Below, piece after piece: positions 50,467-59,589 of a stretch of 64,000 nucleotides of DNA. The translations under genes and the position numbers were made by a program. The notes under the pieces were generated by a model that saw nothing but the letters and a program-made list of their open reading frames with translations, ran no database searches and was not told where the DNA came from. Every line of letters begins with the position of its first letter. The first letter of the stretch is position 1. Origin of the DNA: Candidatus Eremiobacteria bacterium. Lineage in GTDB: Bacteria > Vulcanimicrobiota > Vulcanimicrobiia > Vulcanimicrobiales > Vulcanimicrobiaceae. The DNA is taken from assembly GCA_963737065.1 (NCBI GenBank), contig CAVTRC010000002.1, forward strand, positions 320,001 through 384,000. The letters run 5' to 3'.

Positions 50467-50848
50467 TCAATCGTTGAACGGCGTCGACCGCTCGCCGTTG
50501 GACTGCAGCGGTCCAAGCGTCGCTCGCTCGTAACACATTGTGTCAACGACCTTCACGGCCGATTGGAACGACTCGGCGAGAACCTGTCCGATCTTTTGAT
50601 TCCATTGCGACTGCGCCCATGCGTGCCGCGTTTGCCAGCGCGTCAAGACGATCACGCTCTTCTGGTCATCCGACTCTAGTATCCGGGCGTCCAGAAAGCC
50701 CGGAAGACCGGCTACGTCGTCCCGAACATGTTCCGCGGCACGTTGGGAGAACGCATCGCTCTCGTTCGGGATTGAGCGTCGCGGCCCATAAATAGACGAC
50801 CGTGCCGTCCTTACCGCTGCTATGGTCGCTAGAAAATTGTTCAACCAT
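50467..50848 (-). pseudogene. Frameshifted antibiotic-biosynthesis-monooxygenase (ABM) family gene
   Basis: RBS AAGGAG and ATG 50848 are in one frame; ABM motifs (LPGF, VLTRWQT) are in another; shift near 50760. Confidence 0.65.
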
Positions 50849-51025
50849 CGGTTGCTCCTTGTGTTTCGGGCGCTCGACGAAGCGTGACGCGCGACACATG
50901 TGTTCGTTTCGGGGCTAGCGCTTGCCACGACGGACGAGCGTCGAGGCCAACGTTCACGCCGTCAACGTCGATACACATACCCGGCGTCGCCGGATGCGAA
51001 GGCGGCGGTTGCGCGTGCGTGCGCG

Positions 51026-51451
51026 TCAGAGATCTGACTGGCCGCTCTTTACCGGCGGTTTTCCCGAGCGAATCTCGAACGCAAGTTGCGGCCGGCGTTG
51101 GAGCGGCGGCAGTACTTTCATGCGAACTTCGAAGCCTTTCACGTTGAGACCCAAACGGAACGCCACTTGCTGGATGCCGTGAAGCATCGCAACATTGATG
51201 TGGTGATCGGCCGGACCGAGATGGAGAAGGCTCGGTACGTGCGTTTTGCTCATCAGTATAACGCGCAGTTCGCCCGGAGCTTGCGGCGACTCCGCTAGGT
51301 CGTGCTCGCGCTCGTGAAACGCGACGACGTCGTCGTCTTCGTACACGATCTCCGCGTCTGCGACGATGTCTTTCCAGGGCTCCGCTTTTTTCGGCCACGC
51401 GATTGGGCCGCCGAGCATGACGTCGACGATCGCGAGTTCATGCTTACTCAT
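51026..51451 (-). CDS. Degenerate HIT-fold protein lacking the histidine triad
   Basis: IVYEDDDVVAF, HVPSLL, GIQQVAFRLGL..KGF; triad region reads QLAFE; RBS GGAG. Confidence 0.75.
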   Translation of the reverse strand: MSKHELAIVDVMLGGPIAWPKKAEPWKDIVADAEIVYEDDDVVAFHEREHDLAESPQAPGELRVILMSKTHVPSLLHLGPADHHINVAMLHGIQQVAFRLGLNVKGFEVRMKVLPPLQRRPQLAFEIRSGKPPVKSGQSDL

Positions 51452-51531
51452 CGAATATGCTCCGCAGAAAAAAGGACGCGGCAGTCTTTCCAGAACTCCC
51501 GGGAAAGTCATTTTCCGCTCCGGAGGTCGCG

Positions 51532-51978
51532 TTGTCGTTTCAACCTCTGTCTCGTTCCATACGCGGCGATGGAAAACTCACCTACGACAAACCCGACCCG
51601 AATCATACGTTCCGCGGGCGTCTCGATGGCACGCGAGCGAACGCCGACGAAGTTGTGTACGAAGACGACGACGTCTTTGCATTCCGGCACCGCATCGACG
51701 AAACGGCCGCGTCATGGTGGGAAGTTCACGTCGTCATCATTCCGAAGAAGTGGTATCCGACGCTGCTCGACATCAATCTCGGCGACGCGCACATTTGGCA
51801 CCACTTAATGGGTGGAATTCAAAAAGTCGCGCTCGCATTGGGGCTTCACGAAAAGGGCTTCATCATGCGGATGGGCGTCCTGCCGCCGTATCAGCATACC
51901 GAACACGTTCACATCCACATTCTCTCCGGCAAGCACCACAATGAGCACGTCGATACCCCTCTCCCGGACGTCGAATAA
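51532..51978 (+). CDS. HIT family nucleotide hydrolase
   Basis: VVYEDDDVFAF, HVVIIPKK, intact HVHIHIL; RBS GGAGG before TTG 51532. Confidence 0.85.
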   Translation: MSFQPLSRSIRGDGKLTYDKPDPNHTFRGRLDGTRANADEVVYEDDDVFAFRHRIDETAASWWEVHVVIIPKKWYPTLLDINLGDAHIWHHLMGGIQKVALALGLHEKGFIMRMGVLPPYQHTEHVHIHILSGKHHNEHVDTPLPDVE

Positions 51979-52516
51979 AACCATATCGCTGCTCGAGATC
52001 GCGTCGACGTTCGCACTGATTTCGAGCACGTCGTTCGGCGGCGGCCAGAAGGCCAGCGTGCGCCGTCAAGTCGTCGCGCAAGGCTGGATGACCAACGACG
52101 AGTTCATCGACGGCCTCGAACTCGCGCAAGTGATGCCCGGTCCGAACATCTTGAATCTCGCGATCTTTTGCGGTCAGCGCGCGCGCGGCGTCGTGGGCGC
52201 AGCGGTTGCGGCGCTCGCTGCATCGGTGCCGCCGTTTGTGATCGTCTTGATTGCGGGCGCGTTGTACTTCGCGTTTATCGGCAACCATCTCGTACGCGCT
52301 GCGTTGCTGGGGTGTGCAGCGGGTGCGGTCGGCTTGACGCTCTCGAACGCACTCGAATTGTCGTTAGACTATCGCAAAGATTGGGTGCGCGTCGCGCTGA
52401 TCGCGCTCACCGCCGTCGCGGTGTCCGGGTTTCGGCTTCCGCTCGTGCTCGTGCTGCTGGTCTTCGGCGGCCTCGGCATCGCGCGCGAGCGTCTATCGCC
52501 CAAGGGCGACGAATGA
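51941..52516 (+). CDS. Short-chain chromate transporter (CHR) half 1
   Basis: SFGGG, EFIDGLELAQVMPGPN. Confidence 0.9.
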   Translation: MSTSIPLSRTSNKTISLLEIASTFALISSTSFGGGQKASVRRQVVAQGWMTNDEFIDGLELAQVMPGPNILNLAIFCGQRARGVVGAAVAALAASVPPFVIVLIAGALYFAFIGNHLVRAALLGCAAGAVGLTLSNALELSLDYRKDWVRVALIALTAVAVSGFRLPLVLVLLVFGGLGIARERLSPKGDE

Positions 52517-53037
52517 GCGCAACGTATCTGCGTCTGTTGTGGGTCTTTTCGATGCTCTCCGTGCTGGGCTTCGGCGGCGGCAAGGGAATCATTCCGCAGA
52601 TGCACACATACGCCGTTTCCACGTTTCACTGGACGACGGCGTCGCAGTTCGCCGAATTCTATACGATCGGAAAGCTCGTTCCCGGTCCGACGACGATCTT
52701 CTCCGCGCTCGTCGGCTATACCGCGGCCGGCGTTCTCGGCGCCGTCGTTGCAACGACGGCGATGTTTCTGCCGTCGACCGTTCTTATGATCGGCGCGGGA
52801 TCGCTCTTCGCGCGATTTGCGGGATCGCCGTTGCGTACGTTGATTACGCACGGGCTTGCGCCGGCGATCGTTGGACTCGTCTGGTCGAGCATTCTTTCAA
52901 TCAGCAAGGGCATTCCGCTCACCATCGCAACCGTCGGCATCGCGCTCGTCGTCGCGGCGTTGTCGCTACGGACGAAGTTGAGCGCGCCGAGCCTGATCGC
53001 ACTCTCCGGTGTCGCAGGTCTCGTCCTGTTACGGTGA
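52513..53037 (+). CDS. Short-chain chromate transporter (CHR) half 2
   Basis: GFGGG, GKLVPGP, AMFLPS; ATGA overlap. Confidence 0.9.
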   Translation: MSATYLRLLWVFSMLSVLGFGGGKGIIPQMHTYAVSTFHWTTASQFAEFYTIGKLVPGPTTIFSALVGYTAAGVLGAVVATTAMFLPSTVLMIGAGSLFARFAGSPLRTLITHGLAPAIVGLVWSSILSISKGIPLTIATVGIALVVAALSLRTKLSAPSLIALSGVAGLVLLR

Positions 53038-53187
53038 GGGGACGCCGACGAGAGCGTAGCGCGTACATCGCTCGATCGTGGCAGCCTCGATGTTATGAGC
53101 GCGTTTTGACGCTGTGTAACCGATGCTTACCTCGCGGAGCGGCCACCCGGCGAATGAGGTAGCGAACGGGGCCTCGAAGGCGAAGCC

Positions 53188-53613
53188 ATGCCAATCGCGC
53201 TCAAAGAATCGCGTACGCGCACGTTCCACGGTACCAAGCGCCGCATCTTCCACTTGCTCGAAGAGATGGGAACGTCCGGCGACCAGATTTGGCCGTTCGC
53301 GTCGCAACCGTTCATGCGTTCGCCGGGGCCGCTCACACCGGAGAAAACCGAAGAATGGCATCTCGGCATCCATGCCGTGCTGAAGGATGTCGCGCCCGAA
53401 GAGCGGATCGTTTGGCGAATTTTGAACGACGGGGTAGAAGGAACGCACGGTTTCTATCTCTCGAGCGAGGGCAAAGAGACGGTGCTTGCATATCGCGTCG
53501 AAGCAATGCTGAGCGACACCGATGGACGCTTGCTCTGGAGGCGGTGGGAAGATTCATTCGACCGCTCGACGGAAGCGCTCTTCGATAAACTCGCTCGCGT
53601 TTTGAAAAGATAA
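53188..53613 (+). CDS. SRPBCC/START-like protein
   Basis: PEERIVWR, GTHGF, C-terminal helix. Confidence 0.6.
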   Translation: MPIALKESRTRTFHGTKRRIFHLLEEMGTSGDQIWPFASQPFMRSPGPLTPEKTEEWHLGIHAVLKDVAPEERIVWRILNDGVEGTHGFYLSSEGKETVLAYRVEAMLSDTDGRLLWRRWEDSFDRSTEALFDKLARVLKR

Positions 53614-53630
53614 CAGCAAAGACGCCTACG

Positions 53631-54827
53631 ATGACGACGATTGCGAAGCATGCGAAAGCCGCTGCGCCGCCCGATGCCGTTGATTTCCTCGGCATCGATG
53701 CGCTGCTTTCAAATGAAGAGCGGCTCATTCGCGACACGGTTCGTTCGTTCGTGCGCGACCGGGTGTTGCCGAATATCGGCGAGTGGTTCGAAAAAGGATA
53801 TCTGCCGCGCGAACTTTCACGGGAACTTGGTCGACTCGGATTGCTCGGCATGCATTTGCACGGCTACGATTGTCCGGGCGCGAGCGCGGTGGCATACGGT
53901 CTCGCGTGCATGGAGTTGGAAGCGGGCGACAGCGGTGTTCGGAGCTTCGCATCGGTGCAAGGTTCGCTCGCCATGTACGCGATCTGTCGCTGGGGCAGCG
54001 ACGAACAGAAGCGGCAGTTTCTTCCGCGCATGACGCGCGGCGAACTGATCGGCTGCTTCGGATTGACCGAGCCGGATTTCGGCAGCAATCCGGGAGGCAT
54101 GCGTACGTTCGCGCGTCGTGATGGCGACGATTGGGTTCTCAACGGCACGAAGCTCTGGATCACAAACGGCTCGATCGCCGATATCGCGATCGTCTGGGCC
54201 AACACCGACGACGGTATTCGCGGCTTCATCGTCCCGAGCGACGCGAAGGGCTATACCAGCTCGGACATTCACCGCAAGATTTCCTTACGCGCATCGATCA
54301 CGAGCGAACTGGTGATGCAAGACGTGCGCCTTCCGTCGAACGCGCAATTGCCGCTTGCACAAGGCCTCAGCGGTCCGCTTGCGTGCTTGAACGAAGCGCG
54401 TTACGGAATCATCTGGGGATCGATGGGTGCTGCGCGGATGTGTTACGAAACGGCGCTGGACTATTCCAAAACGCGCGTACAGTTCGATCGCCCGGTCGGC
54501 GGCTTTCAAATCACGCAAGAAAAGCTTGCAAACATGCTGCTCGAGCTCGGTAAGGGCACGTTACTTGCACTGCATCTCGGGCGAAAGAAAGACGAAGGTA
54601 CGCTGCACTCGTCGCAAGTCAGCTTCGGCAAGCTGAACAACGTGCGCGAGGCGCTCGCGATTTGCCGTGAAGCGCGAACGATCTTGGGCGCAAACGGCGT
54701 CACGCTCGAATACCCGGTTATTCGTCACATGAACAACCTCGAGTCGGTCCTTACATACGAGGGGACGAGCGAAGTTCACACGTTGGTGATCGGTCAGCAG
54801 ATCACCGGGATCGCGGCGTTTACATAG
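53631..54827 (+). CDS. Glutaryl-CoA dehydrogenase-like acyl-CoA dehydrogenase
   Basis: ELEAGDSG.RSF.SVQ.SL, GCFGLTEPDFGS, RHMNNLESV.TYEGT. Confidence 0.9.
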   Translation: MTTIAKHAKAAAPPDAVDFLGIDALLSNEERLIRDTVRSFVRDRVLPNIGEWFEKGYLPRELSRELGRLGLLGMHLHGYDCPGASAVAYGLACMELEAGDSGVRSFASVQGSLAMYAICRWGSDEQKRQFLPRMTRGELIGCFGLTEPDFGSNPGGMRTFARRDGDDWVLNGTKLWITNGSIADIAIVWANTDDGIRGFIVPSDAKGYTSSDIHRKISLRASITSELVMQDVRLPSNAQLPLAQGLSGPLACLNEARYGIIWGSMGAARMCYETALDYSKTRVQFDRPVGGFQITQEKLANMLLELGKGTLLALHLGRKKDEGTLHSSQVSFGKLNNVREALAICREARTILGANGVTLEYPVIRHMNNLESVLTYEGTSEVHTLVIGQQITGIAAFT

Positions 54828-54864
54828 CGCGAGTTCATTTCGATCGCCAGTCTTTCGTCACGCG

Positions 54865-56454
54865 TCAAAAACTCCAATCTGCGACATTCCAAAAGGGCGT
54901 CGTGACCGCGGCGCGTTCATTTTGCAGCGTCGCGGGAAACGTGTTGATCGAAACCGCTTGATACAGCGCGGCCATCGGAAGCTCGCGCGAAAGCACGCGC
55001 TCGATCTGCCGATACCGTATTGCGCGCGCTCCGCGATCGTACGGCAACACCGCGGCGCGCATCATCGTGTCGAGGCGCGGATTGCAGTAGCGCGCCTTGT
55101 TGAAACCATGCGGTGGGATGCGATTGCAGCCGAACTGATCGCGAACGTCGGGATCGAAGCCGTTCACGAACGGAAAGAGCGCGATTTGAAAAACGCCGCC
55201 GTAGAGGGGTCCATTGGGTGCGACGTACTCCCCGACCGCAAGCTCGTGGATAGCGATCGACACGCCGGCCGCTTTTGATTCGGCTTGGATCTGCGTCGCC
55301 ATGATGAGTGCGCTCGGTTTGTCGGCTCGAACGAGTAAATCGACCGCCAGCGCAACGCCGAAGCGGCGGCGAATACCGTCCGGCCCGCGATGCCAACCGG
55401 CGGCATCCAGCAGCCGTTGCGCCGAATGCGGATCGAATCGGGGCATCGCGTATGCTCGCGGGTCGTACGCCCACTGAAAGAGTCCGCGCCCGGGATCGCG
55501 GTCCCGATTCGGACCGAGCAACGACTTCCTCACGATGCTTCGAGTATCGAGCGCCGCAAGGATTGCGCGTCGAACGCGTGCGTCGGATAAGCGGGGATCT
55601 CGCGTATTGAAGATCAGCGCACCGGTACCGTCGATCGGAATTATTTCGGTTCTTGATTCCGGTAACGAGCGCAAGTCATCGTATTGTGCGTCGTCTGCGT
55701 TGACGTACGCATCGGCTTCACCCGCTCGAAGCATCTGCATGGCGGTCGTGGCGCTTGCGACGATGCGAATCGTCAGCGCTGAAATGCGAGCGCGGCCGGC
55801 ATAGTAGTAAGGATTTGCGCTAAGCTCCAAGCGATCGCCGCGCTGCCAGTGTCGCAGCATGTACGGGCCCGAGCCGAGGGGCGCGCCGTCCAGTATTGTG
55901 CCGCGCAGGTGAGCGTGTCCGCGGAGCAGACGCCGCGGCAGGATCGGCGTCGCGTTTCCGGGACCGCACAAATAGAGAACGATTGGAGCGTACGGTCGCC
56001 GCAACACGACTTTCACGGTGCGCGAATCGGGCGTCGTGACGGCCGCGACATCATCGTAGGCGACGCGAGTCGGAACGTCGCTTCCCTCGAACGCGATACG
56101 CGCGATCGTTTCCGCGACGTCGAACGATGTCACGCGAGATCCGTCGGAGAACCGCACGTCCCGGCGCAAATGAAAAGTGACGGTCCGGCCATCACCGCTG
56201 ATCCCGCCGTTTTGCCGGGTCGGCACCGCCGCCGCCGCGTCGGCGACGAGCCGCCCGCGGTCGTCGATCTTCACTAAATAGGAGTAGAGCAGCGCGCCCA
56301 GCTCCTGGCCGCCGACGCCGCTCACGAAGATCGGATCGAGCGTCGGAAAATCTTGCGTCTGCACGATTCGCAGACCGTCGTGGGGCGGTGGTGCCCGGTG
56401 CAACGAACAACTCACCAGCAGCGTAAGCGCTGCCGCCACCATCGGGAACCGCAT
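54865..56454 (-). CDS. Peptide/nickel ABC transporter substrate-binding lipoprotein (no permeases in window)
   Basis: LVSC lipobox, LDP, FSDG, GSGPY, ANPYY. Confidence 0.9.
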   Translation of the reverse strand: MRFPMVAAALTLLVSCSLHRAPPPHDGLRIVQTQDFPTLDPIFVSGVGGQELGALLYSYLVKIDDRGRLVADAAAAVPTRQNGGISGDGRTVTFHLRRDVRFSDGSRVTSFDVAETIARIAFEGSDVPTRVAYDDVAAVTTPDSRTVKVVLRRPYAPIVLYLCGPGNATPILPRRLLRGHAHLRGTILDGAPLGSGPYMLRHWQRGDRLELSANPYYYAGRARISALTIRIVASATTAMQMLRAGEADAYVNADDAQYDDLRSLPESRTEIIPIDGTGALIFNTRDPRLSDARVRRAILAALDTRSIVRKSLLGPNRDRDPGRGLFQWAYDPRAYAMPRFDPHSAQRLLDAAGWHRGPDGIRRRFGVALAVDLLVRADKPSALIMATQIQAESKAAGVSIAIHELAVGEYVAPNGPLYGGVFQIALFPFVNGFDPDVRDQFGCNRIPPHGFNKARYCNPRLDTMMRAAVLPYDRGARAIRYRQIERVLSRELPMAALYQAVSINTFPATLQNERAAVTTPFWNVADWSF

Positions 56455-56488
56455 CGAGCGCTGATTCATCCGCGTGCGCGATGAGGCC

Positions 56489-56517
56489 TTGACGTCGCGG
56501 GACGCGCTTGATAGACT
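56489..56517 (+). promoter_or_regulatory. Promoter of the rplC-led operon
   Basis: TTGACG-17bp-TAGACT followed by GCCG. Confidence 0.8.
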
Positions 56518-56686
56518 GCCGAGGTTGTGGTCCACACCGGTCCGCGGTTCTTTCCGCGTGCCGGTCAAAGAAACAACCAGTACGCCAGGACCCGTGTACT
56601 AGCGGATTTTTATAACCGAGCGGATTGGGCGAAGCCCAAACGCCACGGGTTCACCGAACGTGAACCCTGATAGGACGAGGATTCAA

Positions 56687-57328
56687 GTGAAAAACATCCT
56701 TGGCCGCAAGGTTGGGATGACGAGCGTGTTCACCGCTGACGGCCGGTACGTGCCGGCCACGGTGATCGAAGCCGGTCCCTGCACGGTCGTGGAGCGTCGC
56801 ACGAAAGAGAAGCACGGCTATGAGGCCGTGGCGCTCGGTTTCGGCGCGATCAAAAAAGCTCGCGTGACCAAAGCCCTTGCCGGACACTTTAAAAAGAACG
56901 ATGTCGAAGCGCTGCGCTTCGTGCGCGAATTCCGCAACGACATCGACGGCGTTGAAGCCGGGCAGACCATTACGGTCGCCGGATTCGAACCGGGCGATCG
57001 TGTTGACGTCGTCGGCATCTCGAAAGGTCACGGTTTCGCCGGCGGCATCAAGCGCCACAACTTCTCGGGCGGTGGCGCGAGTCACGGTTCGATGATTCAC
57101 CGCCAACCCGCATCCAACGGCGACACGAACGCCGGACGTACGGTGAAAGGGAGCCGTCGTCCGGGCCACTTCGGTGTCGACCGCACGACAATGCAAAACC
57201 TCGAAGTTATCCGCGCAGATGCCGAGCGGAACTTGCTGCTCGTTCGCGGACCGATTCCGGGGCCGAAGAACGCGCTCGTCGTCGTCAAGAAGAGCGTGAA
57301 GCCCGTAAAAGTGAAGGCGGGTGCGTAA
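56687..57328 (+). CDS. rplC: 50S ribosomal protein L3
   Basis: ILGRKVGMT, SKGHGFAG.IKRH, LLLVRGPIPG; GTG start. Confidence 0.98.
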   Translation: MKNILGRKVGMTSVFTADGRYVPATVIEAGPCTVVERRTKEKHGYEAVALGFGAIKKARVTKALAGHFKKNDVEALRFVREFRNDIDGVEAGQTITVAGFEPGDRVDVVGISKGHGFAGGIKRHNFSGGGASHGSMIHRQPASNGDTNAGRTVKGSRRPGHFGVDRTTMQNLEVIRADAERNLLLVRGPIPGPKNALVVVKKSVKPVKVKAGA

Positions 57329-58023
57329 TGCCGGACGTTATTGACGCAACGGGTAAGGTGGTGCGCGAAGTCCAGACGCCCGCCGTTCTCGACAGAGATT
57401 ATTCCGAAAAAGCGCACACGGTGTTCCGCGCGGTCTATCGCGAACTGGCGAATCCGCGCGCAGGCACGGCTTCGACGAAGAAGCGCGACGAAGTTTCCGG
57501 CGGCGGCCGCAAGCCGTGGCGCCAAAAAGGGACGGGACGCGCGCGTCAAGGGTCGATTCGTTCACCGCAGTGGAAGCACGGCGGCGTCGTATTCGGACCA
57601 CAGCCGCGCAGCTTCGTCACCGACCTGAACAAGAAGGAGCGCAAGCTCGCGTTTATCGCGGCGCTCTCGGACCGTTTCCGCAACGGCGGCATTACGGTCC
57701 TCGACGCGGCGAGCTTCACGATGACCAAGACGGCCGATTTCGCAAAGCTCGTCTTCGGTTCGGCGAAAGACGCGAAGAAAGGGCCTACGACGCTCGTCGT
57801 CGTCGGGTTCAACGAGGACGGTGCCGATGCGATCCATCGCGTCGCGCGCAATCTGCGGAACGTCGGCGTCACGGACACCGGCGCGCTCGACGTGAAAGAC
57901 GTTCTGCGCTACGAGCGCATCATCTTCACGGCGAAGGCATTCGATGCATTGAACGCCTCGCTCGAAGCGGGCCCGACGGGCTCCGCCCGTGGGGGCGACT
58001 TGGGGGAGGGCAACGAGAAATAA
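57328..58023 (+). CDS. rplD: 50S ribosomal protein L4
   Basis: GGGRKPWRQKGTGRARQGSIRSPQW. Confidence 0.98.
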   Translation: MPDVIDATGKVVREVQTPAVLDRDYSEKAHTVFRAVYRELANPRAGTASTKKRDEVSGGGRKPWRQKGTGRARQGSIRSPQWKHGGVVFGPQPRSFVTDLNKKERKLAFIAALSDRFRNGGITVLDAASFTMTKTADFAKLVFGSAKDAKKGPTTLVVVGFNEDGADAIHRVARNLRNVGVTDTGALDVKDVLRYERIIFTAKAFDALNASLEAGPTGSARGGDLGEGNEK

Positions 58024-58331
58024 TGGACGCACGCGATGTGATTCTTTCGCCGCGCATTACGGAGAAGTCGATGGCAAACGCCCTCGGCACGCAGTACACG
58101 TTCGTCGTTCATCCGGATGCGACGAAGACGCAGATCCGCCACGCGATCGAAGATATCTTCGGCGTGAATGTGCTCAACGTCAATACCGTCAACGTGCGCG
58201 GTAAAGTCCGGAACTTCGCCCGTCGCGGCAACCGCACGAGCGGAAAGCAAAGCGACTTTAAGAAGGCAACCGTCACGCTCAAGCCCGGCCAAAAGATTGA
58301 ACTCGGCGGCGTGAATTATTTCGAGCAATGA
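58023..58331 (+). CDS. rplW: 50S ribosomal protein L23
   Basis: PRITEKS, ATKTQI, FKKATVTL. Confidence 0.97.
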   Translation: MDARDVILSPRITEKSMANALGTQYTFVVHPDATKTQIRHAIEDIFGVNVLNVNTVNVRGKVRNFARRGNRTSGKQSDFKKATVTLKPGQKIELGGVNYFEQ

Positions 58332-58364
58332 TTCGTATGCACGAATCGGAGATGAAACGTAACA

Positions 58365-59192
58365 ATGCCGGTTAAGAAATATCGTCCCACCAGCCCAGGC
58401 CGTCGCTTCGTCACGACGATGGACTTCTCGGATCTCTCGAACGTCGATCGCGAGAAGTCGCTGGTTGAAGTTCGCAAGAAGCATTCGGGCCGCAACAACA
58501 ACGGACACATCACCGTTCGCCACAAAGGCGGCGGCACGCGCAAGCAATATCGCATCATCGACTTCAAGCGGACCAAAGACGGCATTCCCGCCAAGGTTGC
58601 GACGGTCGAGTACGATCCGAATCGTTCCGCGCGCATCGCGCTGCTGCACTATCGCGACGGCGAGAAGCGGTACATCCTCGCGCCGCTGGGGCTCAAAGTC
58701 GGCGACGTCGTCGAATCCGGCAGCGGTGCGGACATCAAGCCCGGCAACTGCCTGCCGATCAGAAACATTCCGGTCGGTACCGTAATTCACAACATCGAGT
58801 TGCGTGCGGGTCAGGGCGGCAAGCTGGTTCGCTCCGCCGGCGTATCCGCGCAGCTGATGGCGAAGGAAAACGAGTACGCTCAAGTGCGCATGCCGTCGGG
58901 CGAAGTCCGCATGATTCACATCGAGTGCCGCGCGACGATCGGCCAGCTCGGGAACATCGAGCACGAAAACCAAGTTATCGGAAAAGCGGGACGCTCGCGT
59001 CACCTCGGTAAGCGCCCCGCGGTTCGCGGTATAGCGATGAACCCGGTCGATCACCCGCACGGTGGTGGTGAAGCGCGTTCGACGTCGGGCCGTCCGCCGA
59101 CTACGCCGTGGGGCCAGATGACGATGGGTAAGAAGACGCGCCGTAACAAGCAGACGACGAAGTTCATCGTTCGTAAGCGAGGTTCGAAATAG
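58365..59192 (+). CDS. rplB: 50S ribosomal protein L2
   Basis: [21 protein letters not shown]. Confidence 0.99.
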   Translation: MPVKKYRPTSPGRRFVTTMDFSDLSNVDREKSLVEVRKKHSGRNNNGHITVRHKGGGTRKQYRIIDFKRTKDGIPAKVATVEYDPNRSARIALLHYRDGEKRYILAPLGLKVGDVVESGSGADIKPGNCLPIRNIPVGTVIHNIELRAGQGGKLVRSAGVSAQLMAKENEYAQVRMPSGEVRMIHIECRATIGQLGNIEHENQVIGKAGRSRHLGKRPAVRGIAMNPVDHPHGGGEARSTSGRPPTTPWGQMTMGKKTRRNKQTTKFIVRKRGSK

Positions 59193-59208
59193 AATGACGA
59201 TTGTTAGC

Positions 59209-59313
59209 GTTTTTGCGGCTGGTTGCCGTGCAGCGCGAGGCGCGAAGAGCGCCGCGTGCTATGGCACGCAAGCGATGAGCAACGAAGCGATGTACGGGAA
59301 GCAGGCGTAAAAC
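59209..59313. repeat. Dispersed palindromic element, copy 3 (inverted orientation)
   Basis: Reverse complement shares TTT.CGCCTG, TTGCGTGCCATAGCACGC, CGTTGC/GCGCCT and AACCAG.CG.AAAA with copies 1-2. Confidence 0.7.
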
Positions 59314-59589
59314 ATGGGGCGTTCGCTAAAGAAAGGTCCCTTCGTTGCGGACCATCTTCTGCAGAAGGTCGAGAGACTCAATGAAACGCGCGAGAAGCGC
59401 GTTATCAAGACGTGGAGCCGCGCTTCGGTGATCGTTCCGCAAATGGTCGGTCACACGATCGGCGTACATAACGGCAAAGCGCACGTGCCGGTCTACGTGA
59501 CGGAAAACATGGTTGGCCACAAGCTCGGTGAATTTGCGCCCACGCGGCACTTCCGCGGTCATGGTGGCGATAAGGCGGGTGTGAAGTAA
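59314..59589 (+). CDS. rpsS: 30S ribosomal protein S19
   Basis: [21 protein letters not shown]. Confidence 0.99.
   Translation: MGRSLKKGPFVADHLLQKVERLNETREKRVIKTWSRASVIVPQMVGHTIGVHNGKAHVPVYVTENMVGHKLGEFAPTRHFRGHGGDKAGVK

Noticed and set aside
51457..51531. ATG 51457 as start of the plus-strand HIT gene
   Set aside because: Would leave 5 bp between divergent starts; TTG 51532 has a GGAGG RBS
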